In this document: in pieces, positions 47,301 through 60,667 of the stretch | Layout: each line of letters opens with the position of its first letter | Position numbering within the stretch: the stretch's first letter is position 1 | Assembly: GCA_026770705.1 (NCBI GenBank) | Contig: JANJGN010000025.1 | Coordinates: 11,594,001 to 11,658,000, forward strand | Direction of reading: 5' to 3' | DNA from: Isurus oxyrinchus | Lineage: Eukaryota | DNA length: 64,000 nt | Program-made: the position numbers and the translations under genes | Notes under the pieces: generated by a model | The model's database searches: none | Told to the model about the DNA's origin: nothing | The model's input: the letters and a program-made list of their open reading frames with translations, nothing else

Positions 47301-49559
47301 CTGCTCTTTCACCCTATTTTTTTATGTATTTTAAAATCTGGATGGAAAGTTCATTTTTGTTCTGAGGTGTTGCCTTGTGGGCAGCAAATTTTCAATTTTC
47401 TAATTAAATAAAAAAATTTCCTTTAACAAGTATGCTGGTGTGAGAGTCACATCTCTCTAATACAGCAAATCACTACAAAGTAGTGTGCAGTTTAATGTAG
47501 GAAACAACACAAAACCTTCTGGATTACACACAAACTAAAATTTATAATAGAGACTGAAATAAATAGAGGGCCTACATCAGTCACCAATCAGGAAATGTCA
47601 AAAGACATGTACAATAACTAATGGGGGCCTTTCATGCGATTAACCAGTCTTCCATTGTTTACTATTTTTGAACAATTGTGCAATCGGCTTTCAGTGAAGC
47701 ATCAAATGTGTTTAGATGTTTTTGTGTATACAAATTGGGAAACCCGAGATGGTTGGAAATAATTCTGTTGAGCAGAGAGTGGATTAAATCAATCATCATG
47801 CGTTTTTGGAGGCAGAGAGATTTACAATAAGACACAGGAATTATTCAAACCTTAGCCTTGCAATGTGCAAGGGGGTTTTCTTGCAGATTAGGGCAATGGC
47901 CATGTCCTCGTAAAATTTCTGCTTACAAAGATGGAAATGCAAACTTTTTGCAAGCTACAATGCTCAGTTCCATCAGCCCATCCAGTTCTTACATATCAGC
48001 CTTAGCCTACGAGCATTTCTGCCATACCACTTTGATCTAAGCAATACATTGATCTGTGTCCTGACCCTTGTGCACTGTCTTGCTGGTTTATTTCACCCTT
48101 TGGTTGATGATGTTCTTCTTGTGTCGCCTTAGTATTTCAATTGTTTTTTGGCTTGTCAGACTCCATTCCGATGAAGCGTCTTGGGATGTTTAACTGTGTT
48201 AGCAGTGGTACATAAATGCAAGTTGTTCTGCTAGTAATTGTGTAGTAAGCTTGTGGAGGTTCTCCAAAACACAGCACTCACTGCCATCTGAGTACCTTGA
48301 ATGGTAATAGTGGCAGGAGGAGTCTTCTTGTAAGCCAATGTCTTTTTGGCAGAAGTTGCGATTGAGCCTATTTTAAGTAACTGTAGGTTTTGCTGTACTT
48401 GAACGTCCATTCCAATGCCACATCAGTTTTATGTTTCTATAAAATATCTATCAGCAAAAATTCAGCCCTTGTACTATGATGAGGTTTTCTAACGATTTGT
48501 GGTGAAATATGATAGAAGCCTAAAGCATTCCATCATTATCAACTCCAACCCTGCACATGGAAGAGCAGCATCAGTCAGACTGCAGGATATTTGCTCCCAT
48601 TTCTGAGTTACAAATTTTGAATTTGTTTATTGCTCCTTGGACCCCATCCCTAATGTATGCAACTTTACTTTTGAGTGGGCAGTCATTAGTGACTCCTTTC
48701 TCTGGTTTTATTTATGTGCAAAGTAGTTGGTATAAGATCAGCTGGTATGAGTATGAGGATTGATCCTGGGTCCTACTGGTTTGTGGTAAAGACTGTTGGA
48801 GGAGTCTCACATTGTGCTTTGAATTTCAAAAAAATGTTTGAGAGTGCCACCAAAAAGGCAGAATTTAAAAAGCTGAAATACCTTTGCATATGATTAATTA
48901 TAATTAGAAAATATTTGGTATGCTGTGATCATACATCTCTGGAGGTCATTTAAATTGCTGTCTTTAAGTTCTATAAGTTATCACTGGATGCGTATGACAT
49001 ACACCCTCAATTTTTGTACTGAACTGTTCTCAAGCTGCCAGTGGATCATTTATTGGAAGAACATGGTGCTGAATGCACAGTAATTTGGGACCTTATGCTA
49101 CATTGCCTTTTTTTAAAAAAAACTTAGATCTCACTCTTCCATAATTGATGAAATTTTGATACTTTCTCCACCCTGCCTCAGAAGACACTGATTCAACCAG
49201 TGGCCAAGCTTAACATGAATCTAGGTTGTGCGTGTCCACTCCCTGTTCAGCACTAGTGGCTTCATAGCAGACGCCAGTCTTATTAATCAAAGTTCATGCT
49301 TTTGGACTTTTCAGCAGAGTTCACTGGACAATAATGAGAAATGGGAATATTGGATGATTTTCTTCCCCCCACCCTTGTTTCCCCTATACATCCAACACCC
49401 CAAGCTGGAGGTAGTGAGGGAAATTGTGGTGTCTGTACTGCTAACTGAACATGGAGGTAGATTGAACCTGGGGTCTCCGATTTGTACATCTCACTTCCAT
49501 ATTGACAATGCTTGGTGCCTTGGTTTAAATCTTGTTAGTTCTTTGGTAGTCTACCCATG

Positions 49560-50830
49560 TGTGTCGCTGTGGTTCCAGCTGTAGAGGTGTTTTATATTTC
49601 ACTGATGATGAAGAGGGGCCATTTAGACAAATCTGAATTCTCGGGAGTGGCGAAGAAAGGATGGTGTTAGACTCCTCATTATTCAAGTTCGTCCAAGCTG
49701 TAAGTGACTTCATTGTCTCCTGTGGTCCTTTCATGGCTAAAAGCCCGATGCACAGTTGACATGCATGTCCATAGAACTGGCAGTTCATGTTGTCGTCGTC
49801 ATGTATGGGAGAGCTCCTGCTGCTGTACCTTCCTCTGGGCTTGTTGAATGTTGCGAGTTAGCGTCAATGGTCCTCGAAGCAGGCTGAACCAAATTTCAGT
49901 CCTTGCCTCTACATCGACTGATCAGCTGCAGTGTTTTCCCAGGAGAGGTGGTCTGCAATGCAGAAGCTTGTAAGGCTCTTTTTTTTATTGTGTCCCTTCT
50001 ACTGTTTGTTCAGACCACCTTGACATCGTTTTCCCCGAGAGAGTTGTCCATAGAAGATCTGCTCTGCTTGGGGATTCTGCAGTCATCCATGTAGGAGACA
50101 TGGCCTGCCCATCTAAATTGAATTTTGTGGAGGGTGGGTCTCCATGCTGTTGAGCCCAGCACGATGAAGGACTTTGTTACTTGTGATCTTATCTGTCATG
50201 CTAGACCTCAGGTGTCTTTGGTGGAACATTCCAGACCTTTGAAATGGCACCTATATGGCAGACCCAGGATTATGTGCCACACAGCAGGGCGGTCAGGACA
50301 ATGGCCTGGTAGAGTTTGATTTTGAGACTGGTGGTTATGTCTGGCGCTTCATAGCGTGTGACTGTTGTTATTAGCTGGAACATAACCTTGGACTTGGAGA
50401 TAGATTTGGAGAGCATAGTTTTTGGCAGCACTCGAGACTTTGTTTGCTGTGGTCTGGATGTCTTCCTGTTGTGGCAGCTAGGGCACAGTCATCTGCCTCT
50501 GTTAATTTGGTGGGAGCACGCAGTCTGGAGAGATTGAATAGATTCGCTCAACAAAACCTCATGTTTATGCCTGCAGGCATGTCTCTGGTGGTTGTCTTAT
50601 GCATGGAGGCAAAGAACAGATTGAAGAGATGAAGAGCCACAATGTATTATTCTTCTACACCACTGATTACTACAAAGGCATTGGACATCTTTTCCACAGG
50701 CACAAACACATCCAACCCTGCCATCACACAGAGGTCAGCCTCTTTTTCGCTGATGAGGCATTAGCTAGGACCCATCTGATAAACCAGATGAAAGTTGCTT
50801 CTCAACGTCGGAACCCTGGAGAGGGGAAGG
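49560..50830 (-). mobile_element. Degraded RTE-like non-LTR retrotransposon fragment
   Basis: GC-richer block with RT-like remnants on the minus strand and many stops. The clade assignment is tentative. Confidence 0.5.
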
Positions 50831-53800
50831 AAAGAATACTAGGACACTGGATACGGTGTTAATTTTGGCTGTAAGGAAAAGCATCACCAAATGAGCTTAT
50901 TCCTCCCACAAATGATTGTTAGGTTTGATAGAAGTTAGGTTATTACTAAATGAGCAAAGTAAACCTTATCTTTATAATTGACAAAACAACAGGAATAAAA
51001 AGGCTACATGGTAGGATTCAAGGATTCCTTGTTGGGCCAAAGAGTTGGGTGTTCAAGTCATTTGAGTGTTTTTTTCACACCCCATACAGGTTGAAGCAGG
51101 AGAACTTCAGTCCTTTGATTGGGTACTGGTGTAGTTCTGAAATGGTGGAAGTAAAATGCTTTAAAATGGCGATCGGACTTGGCAAAATACCAAGATCCAG
51201 GGAACTTTCTGGAACTGTAACAGTTTGAGTTCCAGTGCTGCCATCTTGTAGTGATTGGAAGAAACAGCCAGACCTACAGTATCAGGATTATCATTGGGTG
51301 GCATTTATGGGCAAATAAGAGACGGTCTTAAGACATTACAGTTTCAATGAATTCTTATTTTAATGTTTATTATAAATTTATTCAGACAATAGCCATAGTG
51401 TTTATATTTCACTTTGGCAGTAAATTTTTAGAGAAGCTCAAGTTTAGCTGCTTTTTCTTGGGAGGTCGATTGAAATCTTTACATTTTATGAGGGCACCAT
51501 TAACCCCTCCACAGGTTGGGTGCTTTAATAACAGTTTTATTTTTCTAAAAGCAGTAAATTATGTTCAGAGCTGCATCGAGCATCTGCTGCCCCATGCAGT
51601 GTTGTGCTGTGCATATTCCTGTCACTAGAGGGTATTTTGGCTGAGAGCTGTTATATTTTCTGTTGTGCCTTGCACTGTGCTGAGGACTAAAAGTCCAATG
51701 TTATTCAAATTGTACACAATCAATTTCTAGCTTCTCGTATATTGAAATTTTTACATGCAATTAAAATGTCTCTGAATACTTTCTTTAGACTAGAATGATA
51801 AATAATTCCAGTATTATTTATGTAGAAGGATTAGCAACTCCTGTGCTGTAAATATTGATTTTTGGAAATATTGTTTACATTGTGTACATGGATTCCACAT
51901 TTAACCATTTCAGAGATACTGGTACATCTGTACGGCAGTATTTGGCTTTGAGCTTTTAGTTTGAATTTGACCAGACTTGCACTTGCTTTTGTCATATTAT
52001 GAGTGAAATATTTTGGGATTTGTGCTTTGCATTGTTTACAATTGATTTTTGCTCTGTGCTTTATAAATGGCTGTTAACTAATTTTAATTTATTAGACTGA
52101 AACCTGTTTCAGTATCAGTTCATGCCCCTACCTCATTTCCTTTGCATCAAGGGGAAATATGAATAGTAAGCAGGCGCAGGAACCCTGGCTGATTTATCCT
52201 GTTGTTTGTCCCAGGTTATTTGAACCAATTGTTACTAATTATCATTAATTGAAGGTCAAGTTGTTTTAAAAGAATATATATTTTCCATTCCTGTATGAGC
52301 ATTTGATTTGAAGGGAAAAGTGCCTCAAAATCTGGACTTTGGCTCTTAAGATTTTCTGTAAATTTGTTATTTTTAGATTTTAATTATGGTGATAATCTGT
52401 AGCAGGATTGTAGCTGTGGCATTTATATTTGTGATGGCGTGTTTTAATGCAATTATGTTGTAACATTTGTTTTTTTAATGAAGCCCAAAGTATGGCCTGA
52501 AGCAATGATTCAGTTTGTGTGCCTTTATCTAAAAATGTATATATTTATAAAACTAATAATTGTCAGGTCCATCTGGCCCAATACTGCACTCCAGTCTCTG
52601 CTCCTCTAATCCTAATATTGTTTTTTTAAATCTGAATTTGATTGAAACTCCATACAACTGAAATAAAAAAAATCAGGAGCAAATTGACAAAGCCTGATAA
52701 TGATATTGGCCCAAGTCAGTGGAGCTACTGAAATACCAGTGAAGAGAGGCATGATCTTTCTACAATTATATTCATAGTACAAACAAAAGGTGCCTTTGGA
52801 GGATGGTTTTTCTTTTCAGACCACCCCCCCCCCGCCAACCCCCGACGCAAGCTGAACTTGTTGTGACCTTAAAAGTTATAGCCTGCCTCTGTTTGCACAT
52901 TACATAAAATTTAAATGATTTGCTTGTGATTTCATTGTACAAAGAGGAAAGCTCCTCCCTAGATGTGTTAGAGATGAGAAGCATTTTGCTGAATCAGAAA
53001 TAAAGCTACATGTCCATACACCACTGCTGCCATTTGAAAAATTACTTCACTGTCTTGAACAAAATAATGACACAATTTTCTGTCTTTTGGGGCCTGACTC
53101 TAAATATTTAAGCACAGGTCCTTACACTTAGTTCATACTTCAATGTGACACATGCGTACCTCAGTGCTGCTCAATTATCATTAATTACTCCTCCCCCTGA
53201 GAATCAGACTCTTAATCAGTAAATTGAGTTGTGGCATCTGAATAGCAGGGTTTGGATCCTATTCCTGCAATACACTCTGGCCAGGAAAAATGGTTTCCAC
53301 CCATTCCCCCTTAAGTTGCAAGTCAAGTTTCCCTGCTTTTCTTTGTTTTAATCTGAAATGCATCAAGCTTTATTTGTGTGGGGTGTATGCGCACACTGCC
53401 ACTGGAACTCTCGCCCCGCACCTTGTGAGTGATTCACCTAGTTCCAGTAGGTATGAGTAAATCAACTAAATAGATTTCTACCTCTACCCTGGTGTTTCAT
53501 CTGATGGTGCAGCTTTTCTGTTGAGGGAACATTTATAAAAGCCACATCTCAGACTGTGGGTAGCAGATTTCAGTCCCAGGCAGTAGCTATCTTCTACTGC
53601 CCAACTTCAATTGGAATTCGCCACCCAAGACAGAACTTGGTGCATGCGCAGTGGTTTATCCACAGTGAATGCATTTTAAATGTTCTGAGAGTGTGGGCAG
53701 CAGCATCTCCAGGGCACTAAGCGCTCAGGTTTAATAACACTGAATGTTAAGAGCACAGAAGGGAGATGTTCAGCATGTCATGCCTGTGCTGGCTCTTTGG

Positions 53801-54422
53801 TAGAGCTATTTGATTAGTCCGATTCCCTAACATGAAAGCAAAATGCGGTGGATGCTGGAAATCTGAAATAAAAACAGAAAATGCTGGAAGTACTTTTCAA
53901 GCCTGACAACATCAGTGGAGAGAGAAAAGCAGACTTAAATGCCAGGTTGATGACCTTTTGTCAGAGCACAGCCCCAGAACAGCACCATCCCCTTGCACTT
54001 TCCCTCTAACTCTGAAATTTTCATCTCTTTCAAGTGTCTATCCAATTCCCCTTTGAAAAATATTGTTGAATCTGCTTCCATCACCCTTTTCAGTACATTC
54101 CAGGTCATCATAACTAAGTTTTTTAAAAATAAAGTCTCAACCCTCAACCCCAGACTTCATGTGAAATCTGTGCCCTCTGGTTACCAAGCATCTCACCATT
54201 GGAGGCAGTTTCTCCCCAACTAATCTTACCAACTATTTTGTGCATAGTAGGATTCCACATACAGGAATGATTGGGATGGCAAATCTGTTCTGTGTGGCAA
54301 TGGTCGAAAGGAATGGCAGTCACAGCACTGAAGAAAGCGTCCTCGTTTTTCTTTCATGGTGGCATGGAATAGTTAACATCCCATCTAGGCTGCTGATCAA
54401 GTGGGTGAGGTTTGGCTTAAAA

Positions 54423-54913
54423 CAGTGGTTCTCAAAGTGTGATCCGCGAGGGTCTTCCAAGCAGACCGCAGGCTTGACCCAAGATGCAAATCGCTGACGT
54501 GCAACACCGCGAGGCTAGATGAGAGAACAGGTCAGAGCCCTCATCTCCATCACTTGTGTGATGTCACACAACCAAACTGGCTCCCATGTGCAACAAGAGT
54601 TGTCATGAGCATGAGCAGCAACAATATAGTTTTACAAGCAAGCTTTATGTTACTGTTCAAAATAAAACTGCAAGTTTGGATTTTCAGTACCTGTGGGGCT
54701 AACAACCAAGAGGATGAACCATCTGAACATGGTACTGAAGCCCCACAGCTTAGAACCAGACATCACCTTATTGGTGTGTGATCAAAAGCTGCGCTATTCA
54801 TCCCATTAGTTCTGATGAATTTTTTTGTGGGGGCAAGTGAAAGCAGGTAGGTTAGGACCAGGTCTTTTGCCCCACCTAAATAGTCAGCAGATTAAAAAGT
54901 TTAAGAACCAGTG
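54423..54913. mobile_element. hAT/Charlie-type MITE
   Basis: TIRs CAGTGGTTCTCAAA ... TTTAAGAACCAGTG (2 mismatches). Flanking 8-mers GCTTAAAA and GGTTAAAA form a 7/8 TSD. Confidence 0.75.
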
Positions 54914-55229
54914 GGTTAAAATGGCACTTGAAGGGCTGCAACTCCAACAATCCTGCACTCCCTCAACATTGTACTATAGTGTAAACCTGGATTAAGCGCT
55001 GAAGTCAGGTTCTGACTTGGCTGCGCAGAGGACCTTTTTGAGATGGCGAAGGACATGGCCTCACATTCCATTACTGTGTTGCTGTGTAGGTTGGTGTAAA
55101 TGCACAGGATGTTACTTGAGCCTATCATTTTGTTGCTTGCCCCTCTGCTCATACCTTCAATATAATTTAAATTACTGCCCGGTAGTTGAGATGAATGCAC
55201 ATTTTTCAGTGGGGATACACAGCCAGCCA

Positions 55230-55860
55230 ATATATTACCAAGTACTTACAACAGAAACAAATTATTTGGTTCCACAAGAACCACCTCCCACCTCTCTTCA
55301 TCTAACCCCATCAACGTGTCATTCTACTCTTATCTGTGGTGTGTTTATCTAGCTTTCATTTAAATGCATCTATGCTACTCGTCTCAACTATAATTTTGGT
55401 AGCAGGTTCCACGTACTTCCCAGTCTCTGAACAGAATTTTCTCCTGAATTCATTATTGGATTTATTAGTGACCATCTTGTATTTATGGCCCCCAGTTCTG
55501 GTCTTGCTTGTAAGTGGGAACATTACCTCTACATCTACCAAGTCAAACCATTTCAAAAATTTAAAGACCCCAATCTGGTCACCTTTCAGTCTTTTCTAAG
55601 GAAAAGCCCCAAGCTTGTTTCATCTTTCCTGATAGTTATAATCTCTCCATTCTGATATCGTTCTAGTAAATAAATTTTACACCTTCTCCATTGCCTCTAC
55701 CAATTTTATAATATGGAGACCAGAACTGATCGCAGTACTCCAAGCCTGACCTGTACAACTTGAACAGATGATCTCTGGTTTTCAATTCTGTCCTACTAGA
55801 TGTGAAATCCAGTGCTTTGTTTTGCTATTTTACAGCCTTATTAACCTGCGCCACTAGTGA
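55230..55860 (-). mobile_element. CR1 LINE 3' fragment
   Basis: Minus-strand TRTGGHKYKM...FRRKF...VETSSIDAFK is a typical CR1 ORF2 terminus. Related fragments at about 3290-4040 (-) and 24820-25060 (+). Confidence 0.75.
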
Positions 55861-56951
55861 TCTGTGCATCTGTTATTTAAATTCTCCATCACCACCACCT
55901 CACACTGACCTCTCTGTCCTTGGCTTGCTGCCCTGTTCCATTGAAGCCCAATGCAAGCTTGAGGCAAAGCACCTCATCTTTTGATTAGGCACTTTTACAG
56001 TCTTCTGGACTCAAGATTGAGTTCAACAATTTCAGAATGTAACCTCTGCCCCCATTTTGTTTTCTCTTTGGCGGTTTTGGTTTCATTTTTTTTAGGTGTC
56101 AACTGTTCACCATTCTGCTGTTCACACCACCCCTGGACATATCTTTGGATTCTTTATTTGTCCTGTTACCTCACTCCCTTTGACCCTGCACCACAAACCC
56201 TTTGGTCATTTAGTCTTTCCTGCCTTCCACCCTATCACAGACCTTCCCCCTTGCTTTCCAAACCCTCCCCCTTTCAATCGCTTAAAACCTATTACATTTC
56301 TTAAGCTTTCCCCGGTTCTGATGAAGGATCATAGTCGAAAGATGTTAACTTGGTTTCTGTTTCCACAGATTCTGCCAGGCTTGCTGAGAGACTTCAGCAT
56401 TTTCAGTTTTTCTTTAAGATACACAGCATCTGCATTATTTTGCTTTTCTGTTCTTCCTGCTGTGCCTCTCTGGCAACATTTCACTTGATTCCTATTCTTT
56501 CCTCCAGGATCACATTGTTGACAAAAGGACTGTCTTTCCAAGGCTTATTAATTTTTAAACAAGGCGTTGCTTGCTTTCCCGTAATATTGCCGATGGACAA
56601 AAATAAGAGCTGCCCCGTGACTGTGAATCTGCATATCTCAGTCGGTCTTTCTATTTGCCTTCCACTTTTTTTCTGTGTACTTTCTCTTCTTGAAAGTTTT
56701 ATTAGGGCCAACTGAGAATCTCTCCCAAGTTAGCGTGTCTTACTTCATTAACCTATTTTCTGCACAGCTTGCAAATTCATCAACCGGCTACCTATATTTT
56801 TATTTTTGCCTTTAACTTTCCTTTTTTAATGAGTACTTGGCGGGGTTGGTGGGGGGGGGGGGGGGGCGGTGGGGGGGGGGTTGTTGGTGGCACGTGAATA
56901 CAAGTGAGGAGTGACCTGGCAGTGCTCATGTTTTGTTTTCTACCTCTACAG

Positions 56952-57174
56952 CAACTCAGCTTCAGAAGAATCCAACCACTCTGCCTCAGGATCGGAATCA
57001 GGCAGCCAGTCGGAAAGTGAACAAGGAAGTGAGTCTAACAATAGCAGTTCGGAATCATCGGAATCCCAGTCTGAATCGGAAAGTGAATCGGCTGGATCCA
57101 AGTTACAGCAAGCTGCCACAGAGAACAAGGACAAGCCTTTGAGTAAGAAGGAGAGAATAGCTGATGTTAAAAAG
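56952..57174 (+). CDS. CHD2: CHD2 exon 3 (Ser/Glu-rich region to [10 protein letters not shown])
   Basis: ctctacAG acceptor and AAG|GTac donor; 223 nt, phase 2 to 0. [18 protein letters not shown] and [10 protein letters not shown] match recalled CHD2. Confidence 0.96.
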
Positions 57175-58379
57175 GTACCTTTTAGAAAATAAATGGTTGT
57201 TGTAATTCAAATATCAGAGCTCGTAGCATACTTTACCCTTCTGTAGGAGACTAGGTTAGAAGTGCCCCTTTGTACGTATGGAATCTCTATGTTTGGTATA
57301 TCCTAATAACAACTAGGAAATAGCAATAACACTGATGAAAATCCCAGTAACTCTATGACTCTATTGTCACATCTTGGGACACAGAACAAAATAGGAAAAA
57401 TGGACTTTGATTTAAGAAACCAAATGGTGGCCTTTACTTTGCAGAAATCTGTGGCCAGCCTCCTCAAAGTCGCCTGTCCAGTCTTCAAATAAAAATATGG
57501 AGACCTTAATTATTGGGAGCTACAGGGAGGGGGAAGAATCTCAGTTTTCTATTTCTTTGACCCTTTTATGCTTTCTACCCATCAAGAGTTGGATTCCCTG
57601 CCTAACAGAAGTTCACAGGCACCTCCTGCATTCCCTGTACCTGTGAGCTTTTCCTGTACAAGTCCTCTCTTCTGATGGCATCCGAAAGTTCAGTAGCATG
57701 AACAAGCCAGTTAGAACTGACTTGCTTCTTGTTCAGTAAGTATTAGTATTACTTTTGGTGCTGGGAATGCTGAGCACTGATAGCAGTAGATTTGATCCTG
57801 AAGGAAGGAAAGCACCCGTCTGACCAGAGAAATTTCCCGGGTTTGAAGTGCTATGATTAGCCACACAATATTTGGACCAGAAAGTGCGTATACGTGGAAT
57901 TTGGGAGAGGACGGGTTTGGGCTCCTCTCTGATGCCACATTGTGGGTGAAATTAGACATTTTTTGATGATGTGGATGCTAATTTGAGTTGAATTTTCCAA
58001 GATTCAAACCTTAGAACTGGACAAAATAAAACTTGTATTTCATGTTCTATACCTGTCCTTTGCAATGTAATTTTACTGGCGTAATGGCTGAATCAGTAAT
58101 GAGTCTTTAGGGCCCCCTTAAAATAATACTTGCATATCTCTGCCACCTTATATTGAAATGTCTTAAACATGATAGGGCATGCAAGAAATGTTATTTTTTT
58201 GCATTTCAGTATAACACTGGAAAACACAGTTAATCATTTGGCAATGCAGAACTTCAGTATTGTTAAAAAAAAGAGACATGTCGAAGTTTTTCATCTTGCA
58301 CTCATCAGGACACTTCACGAGAATATCAAAATAAGGGGGAGAAACCATAATTTATACTGTATGAGAAGAGAGTGCTGAT

Positions 58380-59330
58380 TGGTGGGCAAATGAACTCTGA
58401 TAGAGACGTTGCCGTGGAGAATGCACCAGTGTTGGTGACTGACAGTTAACTGCCAAGCATTGCTTGAAAGTTAAACCAGGCAGCTTGACCTTGATTAGTC
58501 AAAGCATTGCCCTGAGGAATGCATCAGTGAATGGCTGTCACTTATTTTGTTTAGCTGAAACAGGCGCAATGTGTGTACATGTTCTTTCTGTCTACAATGA
58601 ACAGGGCCCTGTGTATTAATATATGTAGATTTCAGTACATGCAGATGCGTCATACTACGAGCCCAGCTGACCACCTTAAATTGGTTCTCAGCATAATTCT
58701 TAGCGAGCTGAGGATTATTTAGCAAATACTGTCCAATCAAGGAATCACATCAAATGTGGGACACTATTTTGAGTTTTGCAAGCACTGCCTGGCTGGATAT
58801 GGTCTGTACCTTGCCCTTTGTGAACAGCGGCTGGGACATGCTGTTTCATATGATCTGCCAGTTTTTGGGATGTATGGCCAACAAACCTGGCATCACGTTA
58901 GCACTGAAATTCATATACCACAGTAATCATTTATGTGATAGGCAGAATGTCTTTTTGCCTTGACGGTAGCATCCTGTTAATGGTGAATGCCACTTGTGTT
59001 GCTACTGCACAGTAGCAGCTTGAAACAGCTAGCTTCACCTGTTGCTCATACAGTATAAATTTGTTGTTTTGCCCCTTATATTGGTATTCTTGCATAGTGT
59101 CCTGATGAGTGCAAGACAAAAAGCTTTGACATGTCTCCTTTTTCAGCAATTCTCAAACACAGTTGTTCTATACCAATAATATTCTCCAACAGCATACAGG
59201 TAAATGACCAATTAATATTCTGCCCGGCTCTTGTCTTCTTTGTAAAGTTGGTGATGGTAGAAAAATATCATCTTGTGGGGCTGAGCTTTCTAAAGCCTGA
59301 TTCACCCCCTAAATAACCTCAACCATCTTC
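58380..59330 (-). mobile_element. Penelope-like element fragment (GIY-YIG endonuclease region)
   Basis: Minus-strand peptides VVYEFQC..DARFVGHTSQKLADHMKQH and IGQYLLNNP..A.NY..NQFKVVSWAR...HLHVL...YI....P..CRQK, typical of PLE C-termini. Confidence 0.85.
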
Positions 59331-60580
59331 TTCAAAAGAAAATGTACCATCTTAGTCTTGGTGACTTTTTCCAATGTTATTATGATACGTGTATGTTGCA
59401 CTTCACTCACGTTAAGTGTTAATGAGAACAAGATGGGTTGATTCTCTTCCTTCTCCAGTGGAACTGGTTTGCTCAGTCTTTGCTTCTAATATTGAAACCC
59501 AAGTTTGGTGTCACCCAACTACAATCATTGTCTACTCTGTTCGATTTTGATGCTGCCTGCACTTGGCCTTTGACCCTTCACCAAGCATGGAATACAAACC
59601 CCTGCCTCCGAAAGCTGGCATGAGCAATCACAGGCAATGTCGACTTTGATTATCTGTGAAAGGAGGAGTTTTCATTCAGCTGGTGTGCTTTTCCTAGTAT
59701 GAAATTCTTGTTATTTGCAATGCGAAGAGAAGCTTTAGCAGTTCTCCACATTTCACATTTAATAACATGAAATCAGTCGGTTTCTCTGAAGGTTTGACCC
59801 TGACAGAAGGGTTACTAAAAGGGGTTCAACAATGATGTGTGCCTGACTGATAACCAAGCTAAGATTGCATGTTTTTAAAACAGGAAATAGTCTCAGGAAT
59901 ATTTTGAATGGATACCCTTGTTGAGCTTCCTCCTCTTGTTTCTGGATCAGTAATATGTCCCAGTGCCATCACTAGGATTTCAGAGAAGTAGTGGTGGAGG
60001 AGCTGTGAAATTTTCATGCAGTAGTGATTTCCTACTCATCACAAGCTAGTCTGTCAATAAAATGTAACAGCAGGAGTGATAGTTTTATACTGTGACCAGC
60101 TGCTGATACAGTTACAAATTTTGATCACCCAAACTTGGATTATGTATGGAGAGGGTACATTGAGCTGTATCATAGCTGAATGAAGTACTCGTGATGGTAA
60201 TGATTTTCTGAGTTTAAAACACAGTGTTAAAACTTAATAGCTTTTGGGCAATTTTTCCTATACCTCAACTGGTGTTGGTATTATAAGAATTTGTCCAGTG
60301 TATCATTCTGTGGATTTTCTTAAAGTTATTCGGATCCCTGAAGCACATCAGTATGCACCACAGTTGGTGTTGATCGTTTGTTTTCATAGTAGAACTGTTT
60401 TACTTGAAGATTTAAATAGTTTTAAATAGGAGTTTCTCAAAACCAATTTAAAAAATCCTACTTTAAACCGTGTTTTGTTAATATTCTAATTAAGGCATGT
60501 TTTTAATTTTTCTATTAAATTCTAGTATAATTAAAGTGGTGGGAGGGTGCAGGCCTTATGATGGTCTGTTTATATTGCAG

Positions 60581-60667
60581 ATGTGGGAAGAATATCCAGA
60601 TGTTTATGGGGTTAGGAGGTCAAACCGCAGCAGACAGGAACCGGCTCGACTTAACGCTGGACCTGAG
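60581..60667 (+). CDS. CHD2: CHD2 exon 4 ([29 protein letters not shown])
   Basis: ttgcAG acceptor and GAG|GTgagt donor; 87 nt. The motif matches recalled CHD2. Confidence 0.97.

Noticed and set aside
56952-60667. Alternative identification as CHD1 or CHD3 (CHD3 is near CTC1 in human)
   Set aside because: [31 protein letters not shown] and the 62-nt and 87-nt coding exon sizes match CHD2 as recalled, not CHD1 or CHD3.
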